UHGV virus genome: UHGV-0304874 | DNA length: 17,296 nucleotides | DNA from: a virus | Strand: one strand, 5' to 3' | Shown here: one piece after another, positions 8,206 to 16,608 of the stretch | Layout of the letters: every line of letters begins with the position of its first letter | Numbering within the stretch: the stretch's first letter is position 1 | Made by a program: the position numbers and the translations under genes | The notes under the pieces: generated by a model | Told to the model about the DNA's origin: nothing | Database searches by the model: none | What the model saw: only the letters and a program-made list of their open reading frames with translations

Positions 8206-8715
8206 ATGATGACGCTGATTATTCCGCGAAAGGAGGCTCCCGTGTCCGGTGAGGGTACGGTGGTCATCCCGCAACCGGCAGGCGACGAGCCGGTGATTAA
8301 AAACACGTTCTTTTTTCCCGATATCGACCCGAAGCGCGTCCGGGAACGTATGCGCCTTGAGCAGACCGTCGCCCCCGCCCGTCTGCGTGAGGCCATCAAG
8401 TCAGGCATGGCGGAGACGAATGCGGAGCTGTACGAGTACCGCGAACAGAAAATTGCCGCCGGTTTTACGCGTCTGGTGGAAGTCCCGGCGGACGATATCG
8501 ACGGTGAAAGCATCAAAGTTTTTTACTACGAGCGCGCCGTGTGTGCGATGGCGACCGCATCGCTTTATGAGCGTTATCGCGGCGTGGATGCCAGTGCCAA
8601 AGGCGACAAGAAGGCCGACAGCATTGACAGCACCATTGATGAACTGTGGCGGGATATGCGCTGGGCGGTGGCGCGTATCCAGGACAAGCCGCGCTGCATC
8701 GTGAGTCAAATCTGA
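8206..8715 (+). CDS. L: Head completion / stabilisation protein (P2 gpL-like)
   Basis: ATG at 8206 after AGAGG gives 169 aa (MMTLIIPRKEAPVSGEG...); the track's longer ORF from 8146 lacks this RBS. The stop overlaps the X start. Confidence 0.88.
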   Translation: MMTLIIPRKEAPVSGEGTVVIPQPAGDEPVIKNTFFFPDIDPKRVRERMRLEQTVAPARLREAIKSGMAETNAELYEYREQKIAAGFTRLVEVPADDIDGESIKVFYYERAVCAMATASLYERYRGVDASAKGDKKADSIDSTIDELWRDMRWAVARIQDKPRCIVSQI

Positions 8716-8918
8716 TGAAGACCTTTGCGCTACAGGGCGACACGCTCGACGCCATCTGTGTCCGGTATTACGGGCGCACTGAGGGCGTGGTTGAGACCGT
8801 GCTCGCCGCAAATCCGGGACTGGCTGAACTGGGGGCGGTGCTGCCGCACGGCACCGCCGTCGAACTGCCCGACGTTCAGACCGCGCCCGTGGCTGAAACT
8901 GTCAATCTGTGGGAGTAA
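8715..8918 (+). CDS. X: Tail protein X (P2 gpX-like)
   Basis: 67 aa from the ATG at 8715 (MKTFALQGDTLDAICVRYYGRTEG...), overlapping the L stop (TGATG); inside track ORF 8646..8918. Confidence 0.85.
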   Translation: MKTFALQGDTLDAICVRYYGRTEGVVETVLAANPGLAELGAVLPHGTAVELPDVQTAPVAETVNLWE

Positions 8919-8921
8919 CGC

Positions 8922-9203
8922 ATGACAGCAGAAGAAAAAAGCGTCCTGTCGCTTTTCATGATTGGGGTGCTGATTGTTGTCGGCAAGGTGCTTGCCGGTG
9001 GTGAACCCATCACCCCGCGTCTGTTTATCGGGCGCATGTTGCTCGGTGGTTTTGTCTCGATGGTTGCCGGTGTTGTTCTGGTGCAGTTTCCTGACCTGTC
9101 ACTGCCTGCGGTGTGCGGCATCGGCTCCATGCTGGGTATCGCCGGCTATCAGGTGATTGAGATTGCCATTCAGCGCCGTTTTAAGGGCAGGGGGAAACCG
9201 TAA
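8922..9203 (+). CDS. Y: Holin (P2 gpY-like)
   Basis: 93 aa with hydrophobic helices (LSLFMIGVLIVVGKVLAGG; LLGGFVSMVAGVVLV) and a charged C-terminus; position matches P2 Y. Confidence 0.85.
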   Translation: MTAEEKSVLSLFMIGVLIVVGKVLAGGEPITPRLFIGRMLLGGFVSMVAGVVLVQFPDLSLPAVCGIGSMLGIAGYQVIEIAIQRRFKGRGKP

Positions 9204-9700
9204 TGCCGGTAATTAACACGCATCAGAATATCGCCGCCTTTCTCGACATGCTGGCCGTGTCCGAAGGGACGGCGAATCATCCGCTGACGAAAAACCGGGG
9301 CTATGACGTGATAGTCACCGGACTGGACGGAAAGCCGGAAATTTTCACCGACTACAGTGACCACCCGTTCGCACATGGCCGACCAGCGAAGGTGTTTAAC
9401 CGTCGCGGTGAAAAATCCACGGCCTCCGGTCGCTATCAGCAGCTTTACCTGTTCTGGCCGCACTACCGTAAACAGCTTGCCCTGCCTGATTTCAGTCCGT
9501 TGTCACAGGACAGACTCGCCATTCAGTTGATCCGCGAACGCGGTGCACTGGATGACATCCGGGCGGGACGCATTGAGCGCGCCATTTCACGCTGTCGCAA
9601 TATCTGGGCGTCCCTGCCGGGTGCCGGTTACGGTCAGCGTGAGCATTCACTGGAAAAACTGGTCACCGTCTGGCGTACCGCTGGCGGCGTACCGGCTTAA
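9203..9700 (+). CDS. K: Endolysin / lysozyme (P2 gpK-like)
   Basis: 165 aa, MPVINTHQNIAAFLDMLAVSEGT...; its start overlaps the Y stop (TAATG); canonical P2 position. Confidence 0.9.
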   Translation: MPVINTHQNIAAFLDMLAVSEGTANHPLTKNRGYDVIVTGLDGKPEIFTDYSDHPFAHGRPAKVFNRRGEKSTASGRYQQLYLFWPHYRKQLALPDFSPLSQDRLAIQLIRERGALDDIRAGRIERAISRCRNIWASLPGAGYGQREHSLEKLVTVWRTAGGVPA

Positions 9701-9714
9701 ACGGAGTAAACACC

Positions 9715-10140
9715 ATGAAGAAATTATCCCTTTCACTGATGCTGAACGTGTCGCTGGCACTGATGCTGGCACTGTCCCTGATTTACCCGCAGAGCGTGGC
9801 CGTCAGTTTTGTCGCCGCCTGGGCGATTCTGGCGACGGTTATCTGTGTGGTTGCCGGTGGTGTCGGCGTGTATGCCACTGAGTATGTGCTGGAACGCTAC
9901 GGGCGGGAGCTGCCGCCGGAATCGCTGGCCGTGAAGATTGTCGCGTCGCTGTTTTTACAGCCGGTGCCGTGGCGCAGGCGGGCAGCGGCTCTGGTGGTGA
10001 TGGTGGCGACGTTTATCTCGCTGGTCGCTGCCGGGTGGATTTTTACTGCGCTGATTTATCTTGTGGCGTCGCTGTTTTTCCGGCTGATACGTACGGCCTG
10101 CCGTCAGCGTTTTGAGGGGCGGGAACCATGTCAAAGCTGA
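9715..10140 (+). CDS. lysA: Lysis accessory membrane protein LysA
   Basis: 141 aa, very hydrophobic (MKKLSLSLMLNVSLALMLALSLIYP...), sits between K and lysB as in P2. Confidence 0.8.
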   Translation: MKKLSLSLMLNVSLALMLALSLIYPQSVAVSFVAAWAILATVICVVAGGVGVYATEYVLERYGRELPPESLAVKIVASLFLQPVPWRRRAAALVVMVATFISLVAAGWIFTALIYLVASLFFRLIRTACRQRFEGREPCQS

Positions 10141-10553
10141 TGATTGTGCTGGTCGTGTTGTTATCACTGGCGGTGGCCGGTCTGTTTCTGGCGAAGCATG
10201 AAAACGCCAGCCTGCGCACCTCGCTGGACAGGGCGAACAACGTCGCCAGCGGGCAGCAGACGACCATCACCATGCTGAAAAATCAGCTTCATGTTGCCCT
10301 CACCAGAGCAGACAAAAACGAGCTGGCGCAGGTGGCACTGCGTCAGGAACTGGAGAACGCGGCGAAGCGTGAAGCACAGCGCGAGAAAACCATCACGAGG
10401 TTACTGAATGAAAACGAAGATTTTCGCCGCTGGTACGGCGCTGGCCTGCCTGATGCTGTGCGCCGGTTGCACCAGCGCCCGGCCTGCACCGACGCCAGTG
10501 ATTGTCGCCAACGCCTGCCCGAAAGTGAGCCTTTGCCCGATGCCGGGCAGTGA
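10128..10553 (+). CDS. lysB: LysB, Rz-like spanin component
   Basis: 141 aa with an N-terminal transmembrane helix (LMIVLVVLLSLAVAGLFLA) and a coiled-coil-like remainder; overlaps the lysA end; P2 position. Confidence 0.8.
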   Translation: MSKLMIVLVVLLSLAVAGLFLAKHENASLRTSLDRANNVASGQQTTITMLKNQLHVALTRADKNELAQVALRQELENAAKREAQREKTITRLLNENEDFRRWYGAGLPDAVRRLHQRPACTDASDCRQRLPESEPLPDAGQ

Positions 10554-10698
10554 CCCGGAGACGAACGGCGATTTAAGTGCCGATATCCGACAGCTTGAGA
10601 ACGCGCTGGCACGCTGTGCCAGCCAGGTAAAAATGATTAAACACTGTCAGGACGAAAACGATGCTCAAACCCGACAGCCTGCGCAGGGCGCTGACTGA
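10408..10698 (+). CDS. lysC: LysC, Rz1-like outer-membrane lipoprotein spanin, started inside lysB in another frame
   Basis: 96-aa ORF with a signal peptide and lipobox-like LCAGC, then Pro-rich sequence; GAGG 7 nt upstream of the ATG; nested in the 3' part of lysB, the known P2 arrangement. Confidence 0.7.
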   Translation: MKTKIFAAGTALACLMLCAGCTSARPAPTPVIVANACPKVSLCPMPGSDPETNGDLSADIRQLENALARCASQVKMIKHCQDENDAQTRQPAQGAD

Positions 10699-11128
10699 TG
10701 CCGTCACGGTGCTGAAAACCAGTCCCGAGATGCTGCGGATATTCGTTGATAACGGGAGTATTGCCTCCACACTGGCGACGTCGCTGTCATTCGAAAAGCG
10801 TTACACGCTCAATGTGATTGTGACCGACTTTACCGGTGATTTTGACCTGCTCATCGTGCCGGTGCTGGCGTGGCTGCGGGAAAATCAGCCCGACATCATG
10901 ACCACCGACGCAGGCCAGAAAAAGGGCTTCACGTTTTATGCAGACATCAACAATGACAGCAGCTTTGATATCAGCATCAGCCTGATGCTGACCGAGCGCA
11001 CGCTGGTCAGTGAGGTGGAAGGCGCGCTGCATGTGAAGAATATCCCGGAACCCACGCCGCCGGAGCCGGTCACCCGCCCGATGGAGCTGTATATCAATGG
11101 CGAACTGGTGAGCAAGCGGGATGAATGA
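10661..11128 (+). CDS. R: Tail completion protein (P2 gpR-like)
   Basis: 155 aa, MLKPDSLRRALTDAVTVLKTSPEMLRIFVDNG...; length and position match P2 R. Confidence 0.9.
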   Translation: MLKPDSLRRALTDAVTVLKTSPEMLRIFVDNGSIASTLATSLSFEKRYTLNVIVTDFTGDFDLLIVPVLAWLRENQPDIMTTDAGQKKGFTFYADINNDSSFDISISLMLTERTLVSEVEGALHVKNIPEPTPPEPVTRPMELYINGELVSKRDE

Positions 11129-11231
11129 GTTTAAGCGTTTTGAAGACCGGCTGGCCGACATTGTGCTCAACAGTACGCAGGCGTCTTTCTGTACTGAATA
11201 CCGCGTCGTGACCGGAGGCTCGGATGAGTGA
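11121..11231 (+). pseudogene. 36-codon remnant ORF at the S position: apparent in-frame fusion of the S start to the J end, with tail genes S, V, W and J absent
   Basis: ATG at 11121 overlaps the R stop by 8 bp and the stop at 11229-11231 overlaps the I start by 8 bp, the overlaps P2 has at R/S and J/I. Only 36 codons (MNEFKRFEDRLADIVLNSTQASFCTEYRVVTGGSDE) lie where P2 has roughly 2.8 kb. Confidence 0.55.
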
Positions 11232-11754
11232 TTCGCGACTGCTGCCGACCGGCTCATCACCGCTTGAAGTTGCCGCCGCAAAAGCCTGTGCGGAAATTGA
11301 AAAAACGCCGGTCAGGATTCGTGAACTGTGGAACCCGGACACCTGCCCGGCAAATCTGCTGCCGTGGCTGGCGTGGGCGTTTTCGGTCGACAGGTGGGAT
11401 GAAAAGTGGCCGGAAGCGACCAAACGTGCCGTTATCCGCGATGCCTATTTCATCCACTGTCATAAAGGCACTATCGGCGCAATCCGGCGTGTGGTGGAGC
11501 CGCTCGGCTATCTCATTAACGTGACGGAGTGGTGGGAAAACAGTGACCAGCCAGGCACCTTCCGGCTTGATATTGGTGTACTGGAAAGCGGTATCACAGA
11601 GGCAATGTATCAGGAAATGGAACGGCTGATTGCTGATGCCAAACCTGCAAGCCGCCACCTTATTGGCCTGAACATTACCCGGGACATTCCCGGCTACCTG
11701 TTCGCCGGTGGTGTGGCTTATGACGGCGATGTAATTACGGTTTACCCCGGATAA
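11224..11754 (+). CDS. I: Baseplate assembly protein (P2 gpI-like)
   Basis: 176 aa, MSDSRLLPTGSSPLEVAAAKACAEIEKTPV...; recognised as P2 I; directly upstream of H. Confidence 0.9.
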   Translation: MSDSRLLPTGSSPLEVAAAKACAEIEKTPVRIRELWNPDTCPANLLPWLAWAFSVDRWDEKWPEATKRAVIRDAYFIHCHKGTIGAIRRVVEPLGYLINVTEWWENSDQPGTFRLDIGVLESGITEAMYQEMERLIADAKPASRHLIGLNITRDIPGYLFAGGVAYDGDVITVYPG

Positions 11755-11764
11755 GTGAGGAATA

Positions 11765-13810
11765 ATGAGCACAAAATTCAAAACCGTTATCACCACTGCC
11801 GGTGCAGCAAAGCTGGCAGCGGCAACCGCGCCGGGAGGGCGGAAGGTCAACATTACCACGATGGCCGTCGGGGATGGCGGTGGTAAATTGCCTGTCCCGG
11901 ATGCCGGACAGACCGGGCTTATCCACGAAGTCTGGCGACATGCGCTGAACAAAATCAGCCAGGACAAACGAAACAGTAATTATATTATCGCAGAGCTGGT
12001 TATTCCGCCGGAGGTGGGCGGTTTCTGGATGCGAGAGCTTGGCCTGTACGATGATGCGGGAACGTTAATTGCCGTGGCGAACATGGCCGAAAGTTATAAA
12101 CCTACCCTTGCCGAAGGCTCAGGGCGTTCGCAGACCTGCCGCATGGTCATCATCGTCAGCAGTGTGGCCTCAGTGGAGCTGACCATTGACACCACAACGG
12201 TGATGGCGACGCAGGATTACGTTGATGACAAAATTGCAGAGCATGAACAGTCACGACGTCACCCGGACGCCTCGCTGACCGCAAAAGGTTTTACTCAGTT
12301 AAGCAATGCGACCAACAGCACGTCTGAAACACTGGCCGCAACGCCGAAAGCGGTTAAGGCCGCATATGACCTTGCTAACGGGAAATATACCGCACAGGAC
12401 GCTACCACAGCGCGAAAAGGTCTTGTCCAGCTAAGTAGTGCGACCAACAGCATGGCTGAGACGCTCGCCGCAACACCAAAAGCCGTTAAGACGGTAATGG
12501 ATGAAACGAACAAGAAAGCGCCATTAAACAGCCCTGCACTGACCGGAACGCCAACGACGCCAACTGCGCGACAGGGAACGAATAATACTCAGATCGCAAA
12601 CACGGCTTTCGTTATGGCCGCGATTGCCGCCCTTGTAGACTCGTCGCCTGACGCACTGAATACGCTGAACGAGCTGGCGGCGGCGCTGGGCAATGACCCG
12701 AATTTTGCTACCACCATGACTAATGCGCTTGCGGGTAAGCAACCGAAAGATGCCACTTTGACGGCGCTGGCGGGGCTTGCTACTGCGGCAGACAGGTTTC
12801 CGTATTTTACGGGGAATGATGTTGCCAGCCTGGCAACCCTGACAAAAGTCGGACGGGATATTCTGGCTAAAGCGACCGTTACTGCCGTTATCGAATACCT
12901 CGGTTTGCAGGAAACGGTAAACAGGGCCAGGAACGCGGTGCAAAAGAATGGCGATACCTTGTCCGGTGGGCTTACTTTTGAAAACGACTCAATCCTTGCC
13001 TGGATTCGAAATACTGACTGGGCAAAGATTGGATTTAAAAATGATGCCGACAGCGATACTGATTCATATATGTGGTTTGAAACAGGTGACAACGGCAATG
13101 AATATTTCAAATGGAGAAGTCGCCAGAGCACCACAACAAAAGACCTGATGAATCTTAAATGGGATGCTCTGTATGTTCTTGTTAAAGCCCTTTTCAGCAG
13201 TGAAGTAAAAATATCTACAGTCAATGCACTGAGGATATTTAATTCATCTTTTGGGGCTATTTTTCGCCGTTCTGAAGAAAACCTGTATATCATTCCTACA
13301 CGAGAAAATGAGGGTGAAAATGGAGATATTGGGCCATTAAGGCCATTCGGCATCAACTTAAGAACAGGAGTTGTGTCTGTTGGTAATGGTGCCAGGATTG
13401 ATGGCGGGCTGGCACTTGGCACGAATAACGCGTTGGGTGGGAACTCTATTGTTCTTGGTGATAACGACACCGGATTTAAACAAAATGGCGATGGTAATCT
13501 GGATGTTTATGCTAATAACGTCCATGTTATGCGCTTTGTTTCCGGAAGCATTCAAAGTAATAAGACCATAAATATTACGGGGCGTGTTAATCCCTCGGAT
13601 TACGGTAACTTTGATTCCCGCTATGTGAGAGATATCAGACTTGGCACACGTGTTGTCCAGACCATGCAGAAAGGGGTGATGTATGAGAAAGCAGGGCACG
13701 TAATTACCGGGCTTGGTATTGTCGGTGAAGTCGATGGTGATGACCCCGCAGTATTCAGGCCAATACAAAAATACATCAATGGCACATGGTATAACGTCGC
13801 ACAGGTGTAA
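11765..13810 (+). CDS. H: Tail fibre protein (P2 gpH-like) with a lower-GC, probably mosaic C-terminal domain
   Basis: 681 aa; N-terminus MSTKFKTVITTAGAAKLAAATAPGGRKVNITTMAVGDGGG is P2 H-like; internal duplicated SETLAATPKAVK motif; base composition turns AT-rich from about 12970. Confidence 0.9.
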   Translation: MSTKFKTVITTAGAAKLAAATAPGGRKVNITTMAVGDGGGKLPVPDAGQTGLIHEVWRHALNKISQDKRNSNYIIAELVIPPEVGGFWMRELGLYDDAGTLIAVANMAESYKPTLAEGSGRSQTCRMVIIVSSVASVELTIDTTTVMATQDYVDDKIAEHEQSRRHPDASLTAKGFTQLSNATNSTSETLAATPKAVKAAYDLANGKYTAQDATTARKGLVQLSSATNSMAETLAATPKAVKTVMDETNKKAPLNSPALTGTPTTPTARQGTNNTQIANTAFVMAAIAALVDSSPDALNTLNELAAALGNDPNFATTMTNALAGKQPKDATLTALAGLATAADRFPYFTGNDVASLATLTKVGRDILAKATVTAVIEYLGLQETVNRARNAVQKNGDTLSGGLTFENDSILAWIRNTDWAKIGFKNDADSDTDSYMWFETGDNGNEYFKWRSRQSTTTKDLMNLKWDALYVLVKALFSSEVKISTVNALRIFNSSFGAIFRRSEENLYIIPTRENEGENGDIGPLRPFGINLRTGVVSVGNGARIDGGLALGTNNALGGNSIVLGDNDTGFKQNGDGNLDVYANNVHVMRFVSGSIQSNKTINITGRVNPSDYGNFDSRYVRDIRLGTRVVQTMQKGVMYEKAGHVITGLGIVGEVDGDDPAVFRPIQKYINGTWYNVAQV

Positions 13811-13813
13811 TTT

Positions 13814-14341
13814 ATGCAGCATTTAAAAAATATTACTGCGGGTAATCCAAAAACTGTTGCCCAATATCAACTGACAAAAAATTTTGATGTTATCTGGTTA
13901 TGGTCCGAAGAGGGAAAAAACTGGTATGAGGAAGTAAGTAATTTTCAGGAAGACACGATAAAGATTGTTTACGACGAGAATAATATAATTGTCGGCATCA
14001 CCAGAGATGCTTCAACGCTTAACCCTGAAGGTTTCAGCGTTGTCGAGGTTCCTGATATTACCTCCAACCGACGTGCTGATGACTCAGGTAAATGGATGTT
14101 TAAGGATGGTGCCGTGATTAAGCGGATTTATACGGCAGATGAACAGGAGCAACAGGCAGAATCACAAAAGGCAGCTTTACTTTCCGAAGCTGAATCCGTG
14201 ATTTTGCCGCTGGAACGCGCTGTCAGGCTGAATATGGCGACGGATGAGGAACGCAGCCGACTGGAAGCATGGGAACGCTACAGCGTTCTGGTCAGTCGTG
14301 TGGATCCTGCAAATCCCGAATGGCCGGAAATGCCGCAATAA
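13814..14341 (+). CDS. G: Tail fibre assembly chaperone (P2 gpG-like)
   Basis: 175 aa, starts 4 nt after the H stop; position and length match P2 G. Confidence 0.88.
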   Translation: MQHLKNITAGNPKTVAQYQLTKNFDVIWLWSEEGKNWYEEVSNFQEDTIKIVYDENNIIVGITRDASTLNPEGFSVVEVPDITSNRRADDSGKWMFKDGAVIKRIYTADEQEQQAESQKAALLSEAESVILPLERAVRLNMATDEERSRLEAWERYSVLVSRVDPANPEWPEMPQ

Positions 14342-14509
14342 GTTGTATGAGCTCTGGTGTGAGCTTACATATCTATGGCACAGAGTAAAGCCTAATCTGA
14401 CAGTCCGTTCTGTGCCAGTAGCGGACGTTTGAATAAATTATTGATTAACTAAAGTTTTTGGCATTAAATTTTCAATTAAAATGTTCGCATTGATTTATTG
14501 GAGTAAATA

Positions 14510-14887
14510 ATGGATATACATGCAAAAAGAGTTGGCAGTCCACTTTATAAAATTATTATGTACTTAAATAAGTATGAAGAAGATACACTGGAAGACATAA
14601 AACTTCAGTTTCTTTTAAAAAATTTAAAAACTCATTTCAAGAAACTGTTTTATATGATTACTTACATTAATAAAATTCAAAAAGATGCTGAGTTCATCAG
14701 AAAACATGATGCAACATCAATTGTCAGCATTAGTGCTATTGAGTATTGCTATTATAAAATCAGCACGATATGGGATATTGCATATCAGATAGCTGATAAA
14801 TTAATTTTTCCAACTAAAAAAATGGCAACAAATATGATTACCTTGAAAATCATTTCCAGCAATATGCACAGGAATTTCCAGATTTGA
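14510..14887 (+). CDS. Hypothetical protein, 125 aa, AT-rich cargo in the G-FI (Z/fun-position) island
   Basis: ATG 5 nt after GGAGT (14500-14504); strongly AT-rich; no recognisable motif. Confidence 0.4.
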   Translation: MDIHAKRVGSPLYKIIMYLNKYEEDTLEDIKLQFLLKNLKTHFKKLFYMITYINKIQKDAEFIRKHDATSIVSISAIEYCYYKISTIWDIAYQIADKLIFPTKKMATNMITLKIISSNMHRNFQI

Positions 14888-15035
14888 ATTTAAAATGGTA
14901 TAAGGACTTTAATAAAATAAGATAGTTCATGGAGGGATAACAGTAAATCCTTATTATGTCAACGATGATAATATTAAAACAAAGATTTGTTTCCAAGCAT
15001 ATGACTCTGATCTAAACGATCTGATTCAACCTCAT

Positions 15036-15455
15036 ATGATGTATTCAAATAGATTCAATAACAATATTAATTTTGCTGATTACTATTTTACCTTTTATAC
15101 TCATCTTCTCTATTCATATCTTTTTGATTTTTTTGATTTTGTACTTCTTGAGCTAAACAAAGATAAATTACATGATTTAGACAATCTTATTCTTGATGAT
15201 ATACCGCACAAATTGTTTGGTGTTCATCATGAAACATGGTTGTTATCTGATGTTGATCAATTTATGAAAATTACAAGAGAAATGATTTCCCTACAAATAG
15301 CTGATGGTTGTTTAAATAAAATTGAGAAAATACCCTCAAGTGATATTGAACATTTTTTTAACAACTTTCCATTTTGTCTTATGACAAAGGTTAGCTCCGG
15401 AGATTGGGTATTGGTTGAGGATAAAGCGGCTGAAACACAGTCATCGGACACTTAA
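15036..15455 (+). CDS. Hypothetical protein, 139 aa, AT-rich cargo; weak translation signals, possibly a gene fragment
   Basis: ORF with tandem ATG ATG at 15036 but no clear Shine-Dalgarno; the frame is open upstream to 14916 without a start; acidic Asp/Phe-rich N-terminal half. Confidence 0.33.
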   Translation: MMYSNRFNNNINFADYYFTFYTHLLYSYLFDFFDFVLLELNKDKLHDLDNLILDDIPHKLFGVHHETWLLSDVDQFMKITREMISLQIADGCLNKIEKIPSSDIEHFFNNFPFCLMTKVSSGDWVLVEDKAAETQSSDT

Positions 15456-15472
15456 ATTTTTTTTGTGCCAAA

Positions 15473-15615
15473 GTCTACTCCTCGCTCGTCACAGGCTTTG
15501 GCATTCGTTTCAACAACCAAGTGATAGCATATATTGTGACCTGCACCCCGTTGATTCATACATCCTCGATGTAAGCAATCCCTTGAGAACGTCCACTCCT
15601 CGCTCTTAGCAGATC
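15473..15615 (+). repeat. Pair of 15-bp direct repeats (GTCTACTCCTCGCTC at 15473-15487, GTCCACTCCTCGCTC at 15601-15615) in the gap between the AT-rich ORFs and the nuclease-like ORF
   Basis: Read directly: 14/15 identical, 128 bp apart, at the composition boundary between two cargo blocks. Confidence 0.4.
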
Positions 15616-15749
15616 ACACGGTTCTTCAAACGATCCGCTTCGTACCAGAAACGAACTTTTATCTCAAATTTGAACCTTTTAGTGGATGACGACGTTTGTG
15701 TCTTCAAGTAGTCTTAAAAGCATGCGGATAGTGCATAGGAAAAGCAGAA

Positions 15750-16586
15750 GTGATCGATGACCCACTACCAGAAAACTGGCAAGACCTCCAGACAGGGGTC
15801 CAACGTATATTCCGTAATGTTGGCTTGTTTGCAGAAGTCGAGGTCGATTTAGAAACCCCGCGTGGCTCGGTGAATGTGGATGTTCTTGCTACAGATGTTA
15901 GGAGCGTGGACAAAATCAGATACATTGTGGAATGCAAAAACTGGGGTAGTTCTATACCACAGACGGTGGTCCATTCGTTCACCACGGTAATGCATGAAAC
16001 CGGGGCTAATATTGGATTTATTATTTCAAAGCACGGGCTTCAGCAGGGTGCTAAACAGTACACTCAAAACACCAATATTATTGGGATGACATACCTTGAG
16101 TTCCAAAAAAGGTATTTTGAGGCTTGGTGGAATAGATACTTTTGTCCACGTATCGGTGATGCTGCAGACGAACCGCTTCAGTACGTCGAACCAATCAACT
16201 CTAAACGAGATCGCGAATACGCCAAGCTAAGCCTTCAAGCACAAGAGAAGTTCGATCAGTTAAGGCAAGAGAAAGGTGTATCAGTAATGGTTCTCTCTAT
16301 GCTCAATTACAAGTTTATGTCGAAAGCATTAAACACTGGTAACTTGCTGGAAGTCCCAAATAATCTGGATGATTTTAAGAACAGAGTTCTCTCCCGAATA
16401 TGTCCTCACATTGAATGGCAATGTGATACGTACAGAGAGCTGCTAGAGCTCATCTTGCAATACTTATCAGTCACAAAAGCAGAGTTTGATGCAATATTTG
16501 GTCGGGCCATCTTTGAACCGCCAAGTAGTATCACGGGGGTTACGGCTGAAGGTCCCCCTTTAGACGATGGTATTTATCATCATTAG
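15750..16586 (+). CDS. Predicted PD-(D/E)xK nuclease, Mrr-like catalytic domain at the N-terminus, with a ~150-aa C-terminal region of unknown function
   Basis: 278-aa ORF with GTG start 9 nt after AGGA. N-terminal pattern GLFAEVEVDLETPRGSVNVDVLATD ... YIVECKNW ... GFIISKHGLQQGAKQY resembles the Mrr-type restriction endonuclease catalytic core (acidic residues plus E-x-K). Confidence 0.5.
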   Translation: MIDDPLPENWQDLQTGVQRIFRNVGLFAEVEVDLETPRGSVNVDVLATDVRSVDKIRYIVECKNWGSSIPQTVVHSFTTVMHETGANIGFIISKHGLQQGAKQYTQNTNIIGMTYLEFQKRYFEAWWNRYFCPRIGDAADEPLQYVEPINSKRDREYAKLSLQAQEKFDQLRQEKGVSVMVLSMLNYKFMSKALNTGNLLEVPNNLDDFKNRVLSRICPHIEWQCDTYRELLELILQYLSVTKAEFDAIFGRAIFEPPSSITGVTAEGPPLDDGIYHH

Positions 16587-16608
16587 TTTCATACATAAAC
16601 CATGCTCC

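Noticed and set aside
11257-13470. Large minus-strand ORFs opposite I and H (11257..11967, 12589..13470)
   Set aside because: Antisense to the tail genes; the second is Ser/Ala/Pro-rich low-complexity sequence mirroring the fibre repeats.
14376-14417. Inverted repeat TGGCACAGA ... TCTGTGCCA downstream of G, considered as a terminator
   Set aside because: The 9-bp stem has a 24-nt loop and no following U-run, so it is not a convincing intrinsic terminator.
14888-15035. Possibility that the 125-aa and 139-aa AT-rich ORFs are one gene split by a single frameshift
   Set aside because: Not supported as stated: they are in different frames with stop codons in all frames in the 150-bp gap, so one indel cannot join them. 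Decay of a longer gene is still possible and is noted in the findings.
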